NCBI RefSeq assembly: GCF_004010195.1 | Contig: NC_057718.1 | Location: 10,274,009 to 10,306,758 of the forward strand | Direction of reading: 5' to 3' | Length of the DNA: 32,750 bases | DNA from: Chiloscyllium plagiosum | Taxonomy: Eukaryota | Shown here: positions 11,250 to 23,277 of the stretch, piece by piece | Position numbering within the stretch: position 1 is the first letter of the stretch | How the letters are laid out: every line of letters starts with the position of its first letter | Made by a program: the position numbers and the translations under genes | Notes under the pieces: generated by a model | What the model was told of the DNA's origin: nothing | Databases searched by the model: none | Seen by the model: the letters and a program-made list of their open reading frames with translations, nothing else

Positions 11250-11815
11250 TCTCTGTGGCTACTTCCTTTAATATCCTGGGATACATCCCATTAGATCCTG
11301 GGCACCTAATGTCCTTAGATCCATTTGTTTCCCTCGTACTATTTCTCTGGTAATAGATGTTGTATTTATATCCTGCCCTTTTCCCCCTTAAATATTTAAT
11401 AACCTTGGAATACTTTTAGTGTCTTCTACTGTGAAGACCGATGCAAAGTATTCATTGAGCTCCTCTGCCATTTCCTGGTTTCCCATCATTATTTCCTCAC
11501 CTTCATTTCCTAAATGTTAATTTTGGCTTCTCTCTGCCTTTTTATAATTTTAAACAATCAGTCTGGGTATTCGTTGCAAGTTTAACCTCAAAGTTTATTT
11601 TCTTCCCTTTTTTTAGCTGTCTTTTGCTGCTTCTTAAAACCTACCCAATCCTTTGGATACCATTAATTTTTGCTACATTGTATGTTTTGTTTTCTTTCAA
11701 TCTAATGCTATCCTTAACTCCCTGGTTAATCATAGTTGGCCTATCACCTTCCTAAAATCCTTCTTCCTCATTGAAACATGTCTTTGCTGTGAGCCCTGCA
11801 TAATTTAGTTAAACA
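11250..11815 (-). mobile_element. Degraded CR1 ORF2 fragment (EN-RT linker)
   Basis: Minus strand encodes MAEELNEYFASVFT and GPx..MYPRILKEVA-like segments. Confidence 0.75.
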
Positions 11816-13105
11816 TGATGAAGGTAGAGCAGTGGATGTGGTGTATATGGATATTAGCAAGGCATTTGATAAGGTTCCCCATGGTAGGCTCATTCAGAAA
11901 GTAAGGATGCAAGGGATACAGGGAAATCTGGCTGTCTGGAAACAGAATTGGCTGGCCCATAGAAGACAGAGAGTGGTAATAAATAGAACGTATTCAGCCT
12001 GGAGCTCGGTGACCAGTGGTGTTTCACAGGGATCAGTTCTAGGACCACTGCTCTTTCTAATTTTTATAAATGGCTTGGATGAGGAAGTAAAAGAGTGGGT
12101 TAGTAAGTTGGCCATTGACGCAAAGGTTGATGGAGATGTGGATAGTGTAAAGGGATGTTATAGGTTGCAACGGGGCATTGACAGGATGCAGAAACGGGCT
12201 GCGAAGTAGCAGATGGAGTTCAACCTGGGAAAGTGTGAAGTGATTCATTTTGGAAGGTGGAATTTGAATGCAGATTACAGGGTTAAAGGCAGGATTCTTG
12301 GCTTTATGGAGGAACAGGGGGATCTTGGGGTCCACGTCCATAGATGCTTCAAAGTTGCCACCAAAGTTGATAGGGTTGTTAAGAAAGCGTATAGTGTGTT
12401 GGCTTTCATTAGCAGGGGGATTGAGTTTAAGAGCCACAAGGTTATGCTGCAGCTCCATAAAGCCCTGATTAAACAATGTTTGAAATATTGTGTTCAGTTC
12501 TGGTCGCCTCATTATAGGAAGTATGTTGAAAGCTTTAGAGCAGGTGCAGAGGAAATTTACCAGGATGCTGCGTGAACAGGAGGGCCTGTCTTATGAAGAA
12601 AAGTTGAGGGAGCTAAGTCCTTTTTCATTGAAGTAAAGAAGAATGAGAGGTTACTTGATGATTAGATTCCCTACAGTGTGGAAACAGGCCCTTCGGCCCA
12701 ATAAGTCCACACCGACCCTCCGAAGAGTAACCCACCCCCCCCTCTGACTAATGCACCTAACACTATGGACAATTTAGCATGACTAGAGATGTACAAGATG
12801 ATAAGAGGCATAGATACAGAGACTTTCTCCCAGGGCGGAAATGGCTATCATGAGGGGTATAATATTAAGGTGATTGGAGGAAGGTTTAGAGGAGATGTCA
12901 GAAGTAGGTTATTTATATAGAGTGGTGGGTGTGTGGAATGCACTGCCAGCAATGGTAGTAGAGTCAGATACATTAGGGACATTGGATAGGCACATGGATG
13001 ATAATAAAATGTAGGGTATGTAGATTAGTTTTGATCTTACAGTAGGGTAAAATGTTGGCCCAACATCGAGGGCCGAAGGGCCTGTACTATGCTGTACTGT
13101 TCTAT
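11816..13105 (+). mobile_element. CR1-clade LINE 3' portion (RT, disrupted), with a V-SINE tail inserted at 12660-12781
   Basis: DVVYMDISKAFDKVPH, GVSQGSVLGPLLFLIFIN, MEFNLGKCEVIHFG, YCVQFWSPHY. Tail gagggccgaagggcctgtact. Confidence 0.93.
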
Positions 13106-13329
13106 CTGAGCTCTGGACCAGCCACAGCTAGCTAGGAGACACTCCCAACTTGTACCATCTGCCAATGCCATACACCTCTCTGAAGAATTTACTGGCTGAT
13201 AGTCAAATTGTTTGGGTGTACTATCAATGCAGCCTTCTTGGCCAGGCCAGGAAGTCTTAGAGTGGGACTTAAATCTGAAGTTTCTGGCTCTTGTATCACA
13301 AGACGTAATCTCCAAAACATAAAGGCATA

Positions 13330-13980
13330 AAGATTTCTTGAAAGTGGAGTCCCAGGTAGAAGGTGCTTGCCTTTATTGGTTAGTGCATTGAGTGTAGGAG
13401 GTGGGAGGTCATGCTGTGGCTCTACAGGACATTGGTTAGGCCACTTTTGGAATGCTGCATGTAATTCTGGTCTCCCTGCTATACAAAGGATGTTGTGAAA
13501 CTTGAAACAATTCAGAAAAGATTTACAAGGATGTTGCTGGGATTGGAGGTATAGGGAAAGGCTGAATAGGCTGGAGCTATTTTTCGTGGAGCATTGAAAG
13601 TGAGGGGTGACCTTATGGAGGTTTATAAATTCATGAGGGGCATGGATAGGGTGAATAGAAAAGATCATTTTTCCAGGTAGGGGAGTTCAAAGCTAGAGGC
13701 CATAGGTTTAGGGTGAGAGGGAAAATATTTAAAAGGACCTATGGGCAACTTTTTCATTCAGACGGTGATGTGTGTATGGAATGAGCTGCCAGAGGAAGTG
13801 GTGGTGGATGGCATAATTACCACTTTTAAAAAGCATCAGGATTGGGACATGAATAGAAAAGGTTTAGAGGGATATGGGCCAAATGCTAGCACATGGGACT
13901 AGATTAATGTAGGATATCTGGTTGTCATGGACGAGTTGGACCAAAGGGTCTGTTTCCATGCTGTACATCTCTATGTCTCT
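13330..13980 (+). mobile_element. CR1/HER1-type LINE 3' fragment
   Basis: RT C-terminal remnant and tail ggaccaaagggtctgtttccatgctgtacatctctatg. Confidence 0.88.
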
Positions 13981-14069
13981 CAGGTCAGTAGGACCAATCT
14001 GTTAAAATTGTACAGTGTAATTCTGCATGTGTACACCAGATGGAGCATGTAGGTCTTGGGCCTTAATAA

Positions 14070-14355
14070 TACTCCAGCGACTTGGGCACAGACTCTTGAC
14101 TGACACTCCCACTGTAGTATTGTGGGAGTGCCACATTGTTAGACATGCCATCACTCACTTTACATATTAAACCATTGGCCCCACCAGGAGGATGAGAGTT
14201 AACTGATGGAAAGCTATTATCTCAGTGTTCTGATCAATCTCATTCCTTCAAACAACATGACAAATAAATCACAGTAATCTGGCCATTGCTATGCTGCTAA
14301 TGACCGGATCTTGCTGTGTGCAAACTGGGTGCTACATTTCTTGAAGTACCACAGC
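14070..14355 (+). mobile_element. Old DeuSINE remnant
   Basis: ctgacactcccactgtagtattgtgggagtgccacattgt..ggatcttgctgtgtgcaaactgg. Confidence 0.6.
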
Positions 14356-14559
14356 ATCTGCATTTTGCCTTCTACTGCAAGGAATGAGCAGAAAACACTC
14401 CCTAAGTTCCAAAGTCAGGATGCTGTTAGCAAGCTTCCCGGACACTGAAGCCAGAATTCTGAGTGATGAGGTTAGGTGTGAGGAGATAAAACAACCTTCA
14501 CAGTTTTGTCTGACTGGCAAGAATGGGCATTGAATTGTTATTTTTAAATTCACTGACAA

Positions 14560-14971
14560 CATGTGGGCATCACTGGCTGAGCTCAGCATTCAATGCCTGT
14601 CCCTAGTTGCCCTTGAGAAGGTGGTGATGTGCTGCCTTTTTGAACCGCTGCAGTCAATGTGCTGCCATTAAAGCTGTGTTTTCAATATTTTGATGCAGTG
14701 ACAGTGAAAGAATGACAATATATTTCCAAGTCCTGATGGAGAATGGCTTGGAGGGGAACTTGCACCTGGCAGGGTTCCCATGTATCTGCTGCCCTTGTCC
14801 TTCTAGATGGAAGTAATTGTGACTTTGGAAGGTGCTATCTAAGGATCTTTGTGAATTTCTGCATTGCATCTTGTAGATAGCACACACTGCTGTGACTGAG
14901 CATTGGCATTGCAGGGAATGGACCCTGTAGGTGTTAGATGGGCTGCCAATCTAGCAGACTGCTTTGTCCTG
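14560..14971 (-). mobile_element. Old non-LTR 3' end (same family as 9500-10135)
   Basis: atgcctgtccctagttgcccttgagaaggtggtg..gaggggaacttgca..catcttgtagatagcacacactgc. Confidence 0.75.
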
Positions 14972-15426
14972 GAAGTTGGAGGATTTGAGCTAGAGGGAGA
15001 GGCTGAACAGGCTGGGGCTGTTTTCTCAGGAGCGTCAGAGGCTGAGGGGTGACCTTATAGAGGTTTACAAAATTATGAGGGGCATGGATAGGGTGAATAG
15101 GCAAAGTCTTTTTCCTGGGGTCGGGGAGTCCAGAACTAGAGGGCATAGGTTTAGGGTGAGAGGGGAAAGATAGAAAAGACACCTAAGGGGCAACTTTTTC
15201 ACAGAGAGTGGTACGTGTATGGAATGAGCTGCCAGAGGAAGTGGTGGAGACTGGTACAATTGCAACATTTAAGAGGCATTTGGATGGGTATATGAATAGG
15301 AAGGGTTTGAAGGGATACGGGCCGGGTGCTGGCAGGTGGGACTAGATTGGGTTGGGATATCTGGTCGGTATGGACGGGTTGGACCGAAGGGTCTGTTTCC
15401 ATGCTGTACATCTCTATGACTCTATG
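14972..15426 (+). mobile_element. Young CR1/HER1-type LINE 3' end
   Basis: ERLNRLGLFS..LRGDLIEVYKIMRG, with (atgactct)n tail. Confidence 0.92.
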
Positions 15427-15732
15427 TTGAGCTTCTTGAATATTGTTGATGTTGTGTTTTGTCTCATGGTCAGTATGTTACTATACCTTTAAGAAATACA
15501 GTAGGTCAGTGGAACTTTAGGAGGACATGTGCAAAGTATGATTGCTGCATCATAACATGTGACCCAAAGATGCAAAGATCTCAGACTCCCTCTTAACTCA
15601 GATCGCTTGATGAATGACATGTTATTGAAAGCATGTTGCTGTGTTGTAACCTATTAAGTTAATGTTAGCCTGATACTGATGAGCCTGTGAATGTAATGTA
15701 CATATAGAATAATTGGAATAAACGTCTGTACG

Positions 15733-15835
15733 GCTCCAAGAAGAGTCATATCAGACCCATAATGTTAACTTGGTTTCTCTCTCCACAGATGCTGCCAGAC
15801 TTGCTGAGTTTCTTCACCATTGTCTGTGTTTGTAA
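15733..15835 (+). mobile_element. Old PLE 3' terminus with decayed HHR
   Basis: aagaagagtcatatcagacccataatgttaact followed by ctctctccacagatgctgccagacttgctgag. Related to the 28221-28251 family. Confidence 0.55.
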
Positions 15836-16134
15836 TAAATGCCAGTTGGATCTTACAGTGCCGTGATATTCACATGGTTTCTTACATTAGAGGAGATAAC
15901 ATAACATGAGGTAAAAAAAACCTTGCTGAAGGCAAAAAGCACATCAGTTGGATTGTTCTATCACACTCTTGACTGGTGTCTTCTAAATGGTTTATAAACT
16001 ATGTGTCCCATTGTGTCCATGTTGGTTCTCTACAACAGCAACTCACCTTGTTACATTCTCTTGCCTTTTTCCTGTAATCCTGAAAGTATTTTCTCTTCAA
16101 ATAATTATCCAATTCCCTTTGAAAGCTAAATTGG

Positions 16135-16459
16135 AATCGCTACAGTGTGGAAGCAGGCCATTCAGCTCAACGAGTCCACACTGACCCTTCAACGGGCAAT
16201 CCACCTAGACCCACCCCTTGCATGTATTTCCCATGGCTAAGCCTGCACATCTCCGCATACTATGGGCAATTTAGTATGGCCAATCTGCCTGAACCTGCAC
16301 ATCTTTGGACTCTGGGAGGAAACTGGAGCACCCGGAGGAAGTCCACGTAGACATGGGGAGAATGTGCAAACTCCACACAAACAGTCTCCTGAGGGTGGAA
16401 TCAAACATGGGTACCTGGCACTGTGAGGCAGTAGTGCTAACCACTGAACCACCATGCTG
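16135..16459 (-). mobile_element. HE1-type V-SINE
   Basis: gcagcatggtggttcagtggttagcac head, V-domain and CR1-type tail. Confidence 0.9.
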
Positions 16460-16817
16460 CTCAAGATCAAATTCCATCATCTTCCATGGTGGGATTCAAA
16501 CCCGTGTCCCCAGAACACTATTACCTGGGTCTCTTGATTACTAATTTAGTTGTATCTCTTTACATCAGCCAATGCCCTTCATTGAGGCATGTTTGGTACA
16601 CGTGGGCTGAAGTGTTAAAGCTTAGGTATAGTAAGGTATAGATAAAGTTGATGGTCGTTGTCTTTTTCCTGAGATGGGAAATTTCAAGTCTAGAGGCCAC
16701 ATTTTTGAGGTGAGAGGAGAGAGATTCAAAGAAGACAGAAGAGGCAAATCTTTTACATGGAGGCTGGTTCGAATGTGGAATGAACTTCTTAAGGAAGTGG
16801 TGGAAGTGGGTACAACA

Positions 16818-18125
16818 TGTATTTGGAAAGGCAAGGACTGATTCGGGATAGTCAACATGCCTTTGTGCATGGGAAATCATGTCTCACAAACTTGATTGAG
16901 TTTTTTGAAGAAGTAACAAAGAGGATTGATGAGGGCAGAGCGGTAGACGTGATCTATATGGACTTCAGTAAGGCATTCTACAAGGTTCCCCATGGAGACT
17001 GGTTAGCACGGTTAGATCTCACGGAATACAGGGAGAACTAGCCATTTGGACACAGAACTGGCTCAAAGGTAGAAGACAGAGGGTGGTGGTGGAAGGTTGT
17101 TTTTCAGACTGGAGGTCTGTGAATAGTGGACCGGTCCACTAGTGCCACAAGGATCAGTCTCTACTTTTTGTCATTTATATAAATGATTTGGATGTTAGCA
17201 TAAGAGGTAAAGTTAGTAAGTTTGCAAATGACACCAAAATTGGAGGTGTAGTGGACAGCGAAGAGGGTTACCTCAGATTACAACGGGATCTTGATCAGAT
17301 GGGCCAATGCGCTGAGAAGTGGCAGATGGAGATTAATTCAGATAAATGCGAGGTGCTGCATTTTGGGAAAGCAAATCTTAGCAGGACTTATACACTTACT
17401 GGTAAGGTCTTAGGGAGTGTTGCTGAACAAAGAGACCTTGGAGTGCAGGTTCATAGCTCCTTGAAAGTGGAGTCGCAAGTAGATAGGACAGTGAAGAAGG
17501 GATTTAGTATGCTTTCTTTTATTGGTCAGAGTGTTGAGTACAGGAGTTGGGAGGTCATGTTGTGGCTGTACAGGTCATTGGTTAGGCCACTGTTGGAATA
17601 TTGCGTGCAATTCTGGTCTCCTTGCTATTGGGAGTATGTTGTGAAATTTAAAAGGGTTAAGAAAAGATTTACAAGGATGTTGCCAGGGTTGAAGGATTTG
17701 AGCTATAAGGAGAGGCTGAACAGACTGGTGCTGTTTTCCCTGGAGTGTCGGAGACTAAGGGGTGACTTTATAGAGGTTTACAAAATTATGAGGAGCATGG
17801 ATAGGATAAATAGACAAAGTATTTTCCCTGGGGTCAGGGAGTCCAGAACTAGACTAGGGTGAGAGGGGAAAGATATAAAAGAGACCTAAGGGGCAACTTT
17901 TTCACACAGAGGGTGGTTTGTGTATAGAATGAGCTGCCAGAGGATGTGGTGGAGGCTGGTACAATTGCAACATTTAAAGGGAATTTGGATGGGTATATGA
18001 ATAGGAAGGGTTTGGAGATATATGGACCAGTTGCTGGCAGGTGGGACTAGATTGGGTTGGGATATCATGGACGGGTTGGACCAAAGTGTCTGTTTCCATG
18101 CTGTACATCTCTATGACTCTCTGAC
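16818..18125 (+). mobile_element. CR1/HER1-type LINE (RT, frameshifted), nested in an older CR1 3' end (~16610-16817 and ~18127-18280)
   Basis: SQHAFVHGKSCLTNLIEFFEEVT..DFSKAF, KVSKFANDTKIGG, LEYCVQFWSP. (atgactct)n tail. Confidence 0.94.
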
Positions 18126-18569
18126 TAAATACAATGTTTTAAAGACATTTTGATAAATACGCGAAAAGGAAATGTTTGGAGGGATATGGTCCAGGAGCAG
18201 GCAGGTGGGACTAATTTAGTTTGGGATTATGTTCGACATGGACTGGTTGGATCGAAGGGGCTGTTCTCTGCTGTAGATGATCGCATTGGAGCCGAGTACT
18301 GATGCCTAACCAACAGCAAACACTAGAGGTCAGCACATCCACATATGGGACCATCATTGGAAAAGGAATGGAATCTAATGAGATATCCTCATATTGATAC
18401 TTCAACACTTTATTGTGAGGGTATCCAACAAGTTAAATTGATCTATTCTAATGGAATTTGCTTGTAACTAGCCATTAGCAATTCATTGGGCATGATTTTT
18501 GATCTCATTCTCACCAATTCACCTTCTGAAGACACATTTGTCCAGGATAGTATTGGTAAGAGTGACTGA

Positions 18570-20250
18570 CAATAGACAATAGACAATAGACAATAGGTGC
18601 AGGAGTAGGCCATTCAGCCCTTCGAGCCTACACTGCCATTCAACATGATCATGGCTGATCATTCCTAATCAGTATCCCGTTCCTGCCTTATCTCCATAAC
18701 CCTTGACTCCACTATCTTTGAGAGCTCTATCCAACTCTGTCTTAAATGAATCCAGAGACTGGGCCTCCACTGCCCTCTGGGGCAGAGCATTCCACACAGC
18801 CACCACTCTCTGGGTGAAGAAGTTTCTCCTTATCTCTGTCCTAAATGGTCTACTCCGTATTTTTAAGCTGTGTCCTCTGGTTCGGCACTCACCCATCAGG
18901 GGCTCATTCCAGTGTAGGTGGGACTTCTACAAACAGAATGGTCTACACCTGAACCAGAGGGGTAACAATATCTTGGGGGGAAAATTGCTCATGCTATTCA
19001 GGAGGGTCACCTAATTTGTCCAGGTCACCCTGTAATCTCCTACCATCCTCCTCACTTTTCACCCTGCCACCCAGCTTTGTATCATCAGCAAATTTGCTAA
19101 TGTTATTGCTGATACCATCTTCTATATCATTAACATATATTGTAAAAAGCTGCGGTCCCAGCACGGATCCCTGCGGTACCCCACTGGTCACTGCCTGCCA
19201 TTCCGAAATGGAGCCGTTTATCACTACTCTTTGTTTCCTATCAGCCAACCAACTTTCAATCCAATCTAGTACTTTGCCCCCAATACCATGCGCCCTAATT
19301 TTACTCACTAACCTCCAATGTGGGACCTTATCAAAAGCTTTCTGAAGTCCAAAACACTACATCCACTGGATCTCCCTCATCCATCTTCAGAGTCACATCC
19401 TCAAAAAATTCAAGATTAGTCAAGCATGATTTCCCCTTCATAAATCCATGCTGACTCTGTCCTATCCTGTTACTACTATCCAGATGTGCCGTAATTTCAT
19501 CCTTTATAATAGACTCCAGCATCTTTCCCACCACTGAGGTCAGTCTAACTGGTCTATAATTTCCTGCTTTCTCTCTCCCACCTTTCTTAAAAAGTGGTAT
19601 AACATTAGCCACCCTCCAATCCTCAGGAGCCGACCCTGAATCTATTGAACTTTGGAAAATAATCACCAACGCATCCACGATTTCCTTCAGTACCCTGGGA
19701 TGCAGACCATCAGGCCCCGGAATCTTATCAACCTTCAGACCTAACAGTCTCTCCAACACCAAATCCTGGCAAATATAAATTCCCTTAAGTTCAGGTCCTT
19801 CAGCCACTGTTACTTCAGGGAGATTGCTTGTGTCTTCCCCAGTGAACACAGATCAGAAGTACCCATTTAATTCCTCTGCCATTTCTTTTTTCCCCGTAAT
19901 ATATTCCCCTGTTTCTGTCTTCAAAGGCCCAATTTTTGTCCTAACCATTTTTTTGCCTTGCACATACCTAAAAAAGCTTTTACTATCCTCCTTTATATTA
20001 TTGGCCAATTTACCTTCGTACCTCATTTTTCCTCTGCGTATTTCCTTCTTAGTAATCCCCTGTTGCTCTTTAAAAGCTTCCCAGGCCTCCGTTTTCCCCC
20101 TTATCTTTGCTATGTTGTACTTTTTCTCTTTTAACTTTATATGTTTCTTAACTTCCCTCATCAGCCATGGCTGCCCATGCCTCCTCCTGGGATCTTTCTT
20201 CCTTTTAGGAATGAACTGATCCTGCAACTTCTGCATTATACACAGAAATA
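18570..20250 (-). mobile_element. Young CR1-clade LINE (ORF2 linker plus RT), 5'-truncated and internally rearranged, (aatagac)n tail; inserted into an old LINE endonuclease remnant (~18500-18566 and ~20251-20430, +)
   Basis: GNYRPVRLTSVVGKMLE, GVPQGSVLGPQLFTIYVND, SKFADDTKLGG, RRNFFTQRVV. Host reads DLILTN..SIGKSD and WHYHHAKWNRF. Confidence 0.94.
18900..19009 (+). mobile_element. CR1 ORF1 SGNH-esterase C-terminal fragment, opposite orientation to the flanking ORF2
   Basis: GSFQCRWDFYKQNGLHLNQRGNNILGGK resembles the DGLHLN block V of CR1 ORF1p esterase. Confidence 0.75.
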
Positions 20251-20750
20251 ACTGTCAAGATAAAGACTTCTCTTTATACTAAGGAAACTCCACATCATGT
20301 GGCATTACCACCACGCTAAATGGAATAGATTTCAAAGAGAACTAGCAAGTCAAATCTGGGCATCCATGAGGTACTGTGGGCCATCAGCAGCAGCAGAGTT
20401 GTATTCAACTACAATCTGTAACCTCATTGTAGTGATTGTAATGGGGTCAGCCATTAGGTGGATCTTAGAGAATATGAAGAGTCAAACTGGTGAAGCCACA
20501 TAGCAGGACTACTTGTGTGCCATCGCCAACGTTGGGGGAGCATTAAAGTAGACCTCAAAGGTGAGTCTCTTAGATTGAAAATGTCTGAGGGAAGTGAAGA
20601 ATACTGTAAGATCCTCTGATTCCTCCACAACCTCAGTTTAAAGGCAGATCATGTTTAGCAAAGTATTAGCACCATTCCCGTTTCCCCTGATGTTGCTTGC
20701 TGTCAGTGTCAAGTGCCTTTCTTGTTGTATTGAGTAGCTTGGTAATTGCA

Positions 20751-20881
20751 CATTCCTGTTGAAGGGCTTATGTCCGAAATGTTGATTCACCTGCTCCTCG
20801 GATGCTGCCTGACCGGCAGTGCTTTTTCAGCGCCACACAGTCGACTCTGATCTCCGGCATCTGCAATCCTCACTTTCTCCT
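20751..20881 (+). mobile_element. Single PLE pLTR 3' terminus with degenerate HHR
   Basis: attcctgttgaagggcttatgtccgaaatgttga...gcatctgcaatcctcactttctcc. Possible TSD ta(a/g)ttgca. Confidence 0.75.
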
Positions 20882-21260
20882 AGTTGCATCTTCATACAGA
20901 TTTTGGTCGTGTTCTTGCTCTTGAAAACTTGTGAGAGTGAAATCCAGCTTTCTCAATGATCTCAAGGTCAGGCATTCATTGAGGTTGGTCCTCTCCCTAT
21001 TTCCTGACATGAAACATTATTCAACCAGGGATGATATATTCAGGTCCATATTCAGGTGTCATACAACACCTTACACTTTGCTGGTATCAGTGAAGTAGCT
21101 AACAAATCATTCAGACGTGTTGATAGTGTTATGAAGCTGTAAAGTGAACTGTACCTTTAAGTAGTCATGATTCGGAGATGCCGGTGTTGGACTGGGGTGT
21201 ACAAAGTTAAAAATCACACAACACCAGGTTATAGTCCAACAGGTTTAATTGGAAGCACAT

Positions 21261-21289
21261 TAGCTTTCGGAGCGATGCTCCTTCATCAG
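21261..21289 (-). ncRNA. Minimal hammerhead motif (intact core, stem I mismatch)
   Basis: Minus strand reads cac-CUGAUGA-A-GGAGC(AUC)GCUCC-GAAA-GC-UA-aug. Confidence 0.65.
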
Positions 21290-21309
21290 GTGATGAAGGT
21301 AACAATCAC

Positions 21310-21338
21310 CTGATGAAGGAGCGTCGCTCCGAAAGCTA
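21310..21338 (+). ncRNA. Minimal type I hammerhead ribozyme motif (intact)
   Basis: cac-CUGAUGA-A-GGAGC(GUC)GCUCC-GAAA-GC-UA-gug. Palindromic AGCU stem III, stem I cac/gug. Confidence 0.82.
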
Positions 21339-21463
21339 GTGTGCTTCCAATTAAACCTGTTGGACGATAACCTGGTGTGGTGTGATTTTTAACTTTGTAC
21401 CTTTAAGAGAGTTGAAGGACTTAGCAAGGACACAGAGTGCTGAAGAATTTAAAATGTAACACT

Positions 21464-21483
21464 TGGTCCAGCAGATGGCAGTA
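21464..21483 (+). promoter_or_regulatory. CTCF consensus motif match
   Basis: tggtCCAGCAGATGGCAGta fits CCASYAGRKGGCRS. Motif match only. Confidence 0.45.
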
Positions 21484-21794
21484 CCTGGGTTGCTATGAGA
21501 CAAAAACAAATTCAAATTTGGACAGTTCAAATTATGCCCCAAAATACTAAACTCCAATTAAGTTTGAATTTGGTATTTTGACAATCTTTAAACCAAGCTT
21601 GTTGAAAGGGGAAGGTTTCATACAAACACATTGAAGTGCAAGGCAGCTCCTGAGGCAGGGTTTAGCTCAGTCTAGCACTTAGTCAGACATTGAATGCTGC
21701 TGCTCCACAATAGCTGTGACCTTGACTCTGTGTAGTCCACATAGTGACAAACCCTCGAGACCACTGGACCATAAGACTTTGTCAAGAGGGAGGA

Positions 21795-22075
21795 GATAGA
21801 ATCATAGAGTTTTACAGTTAAGAAAATGATGATTCAGCCCATCATGTCCATGCTGGTCATCAAGTATCCATCCAATTCAATTGTCCGATATTTGGTCCAT
21901 TCCCTTGTATGCTATGGTGCATCAAGTGCTTGTCTGAATACTTCTTGAGGGTTCTCACCTCTGGCATCCTCTTAGGCAGTGAGTTCCAGATAGCCAACAG
22001 CCTCTGGGTGAAAGAGATTTTCCTTAAATCCCCACTACGCCTCCTGCCCATTACCTTAAATCTGATCCCACCAAT
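21795..22075 (-). mobile_element. Old CR1-type 3' end
   Basis: LRKISFTQRLLAIWNSLP, with tctatgattct tail. Confidence 0.8.
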
Positions 22076-23277
22076 TTACCTCATTATTAAGCAGAAAGGT
22101 TTACTCTAGAGCCAATGAGAACCCCGTGTCACCTCTTTTGAGAATGATTCATTGCATTTAAGTGGCCAACGATGGGTCTTCTCCTTGGATTAAGGACCAT
22201 TGGAGACAGAAATCCCCTCCTGCATTCCACCCCCACCTCCACCAATCCCAACTCCACCTCCCCTGCCAGTCCCAAAACAGGATCAATTGGAGGGGTCATA
22301 TCCAAGGCAAGGGCAGGGTAGAGTCTTTCTGTAGCTCCCACTTTCCCCAAAGCTGGGTCCCTCATACAAGACACTGGGTGCCATTGAACAAAGGATTTCA
22401 TCCCATCCATGCTCCTGGGAGCCCATATGTTCATGAGGTGTGCTATCTGGTTGCTCGGCAATTATTTCCTAATTGAAGTTCTCCATTAGCTTGTGGACAG
22501 GTGGTTTTGGGAAGGCTGCCTACCAATCATTAAGGCCCAGACTTAATAGGGGCAGAAGGGGGATCAACAGTGGCGCCCCACTGCAAACTTCGACCAAGGT
22601 CCTTGCATCCCATGGGCACATTCTTTTGAATTTAGCACTAGTTCTCTTTGTAGGCAACATTTATTGATGACCTGAGGTAGGCAGATGGGCTGGAAGGATT
22701 TTTTTGAACCTGATGCATCTGTGGAAGGTGGGTTCAACCTTTTGAGAAGGTTGACAATGACCTTATTCCTTCCTGGATGCGTGTTAATCCACAAATTTCC
22801 TACGTAGCTTTGGAAACCTGCGGCTATTTGGGAGGTATAATTTAACCCAAAATAACTTCACAAGAAGCAGATCATTTGGACATTAACTTCACTGTTCTTT
22901 TTAAAACCTCGCCGTGGCCAAAATTGAATTGTTTCCCTTCATTACAGCAATGACAATGTAGTTGACTCATAACTGTGTTCTGCAATGACCCGGCAAACTG
23001 CTCAGTTCAAGAGTCATTAGGGATGGGTAACAAATACTGGTCCCGCCAACAATGCCTACATCCCATAGAAGAGAATAAAGAAAGCACAACTATGTTCCAA
23101 CTGTGTTTACTGGACTTAGCAAAACATTTTGGAATGACCACAGGACCTGAAGATGCTTTATGAATGTATGTTTGTTGCTTATTTCATACATGGGAGCCCT
23201 AGAGAAAAGCTCGTGATGACACACATGAATTATTCTTAGCATAAAGAGACTAAGTGAGAACCTCCATGAACTCTGAA

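Larger units (their letters stand above)
21162..21395. mobile_element. PLE pLTR palindrome (second family) with intact HHR cores on both arms
   Basis: ~95-bp inverted arms around a 10-nt spacer. 12-bp TSD tgtacctttaag at 21150-21161 and 21396-21407. Confidence 0.92.

Noticed and set aside
11250..13105. Back-to-back CR1 pieces as one 5'-inverted insertion
   Set aside because: The minus piece looks older and from another subfamily, and I found no TSD.
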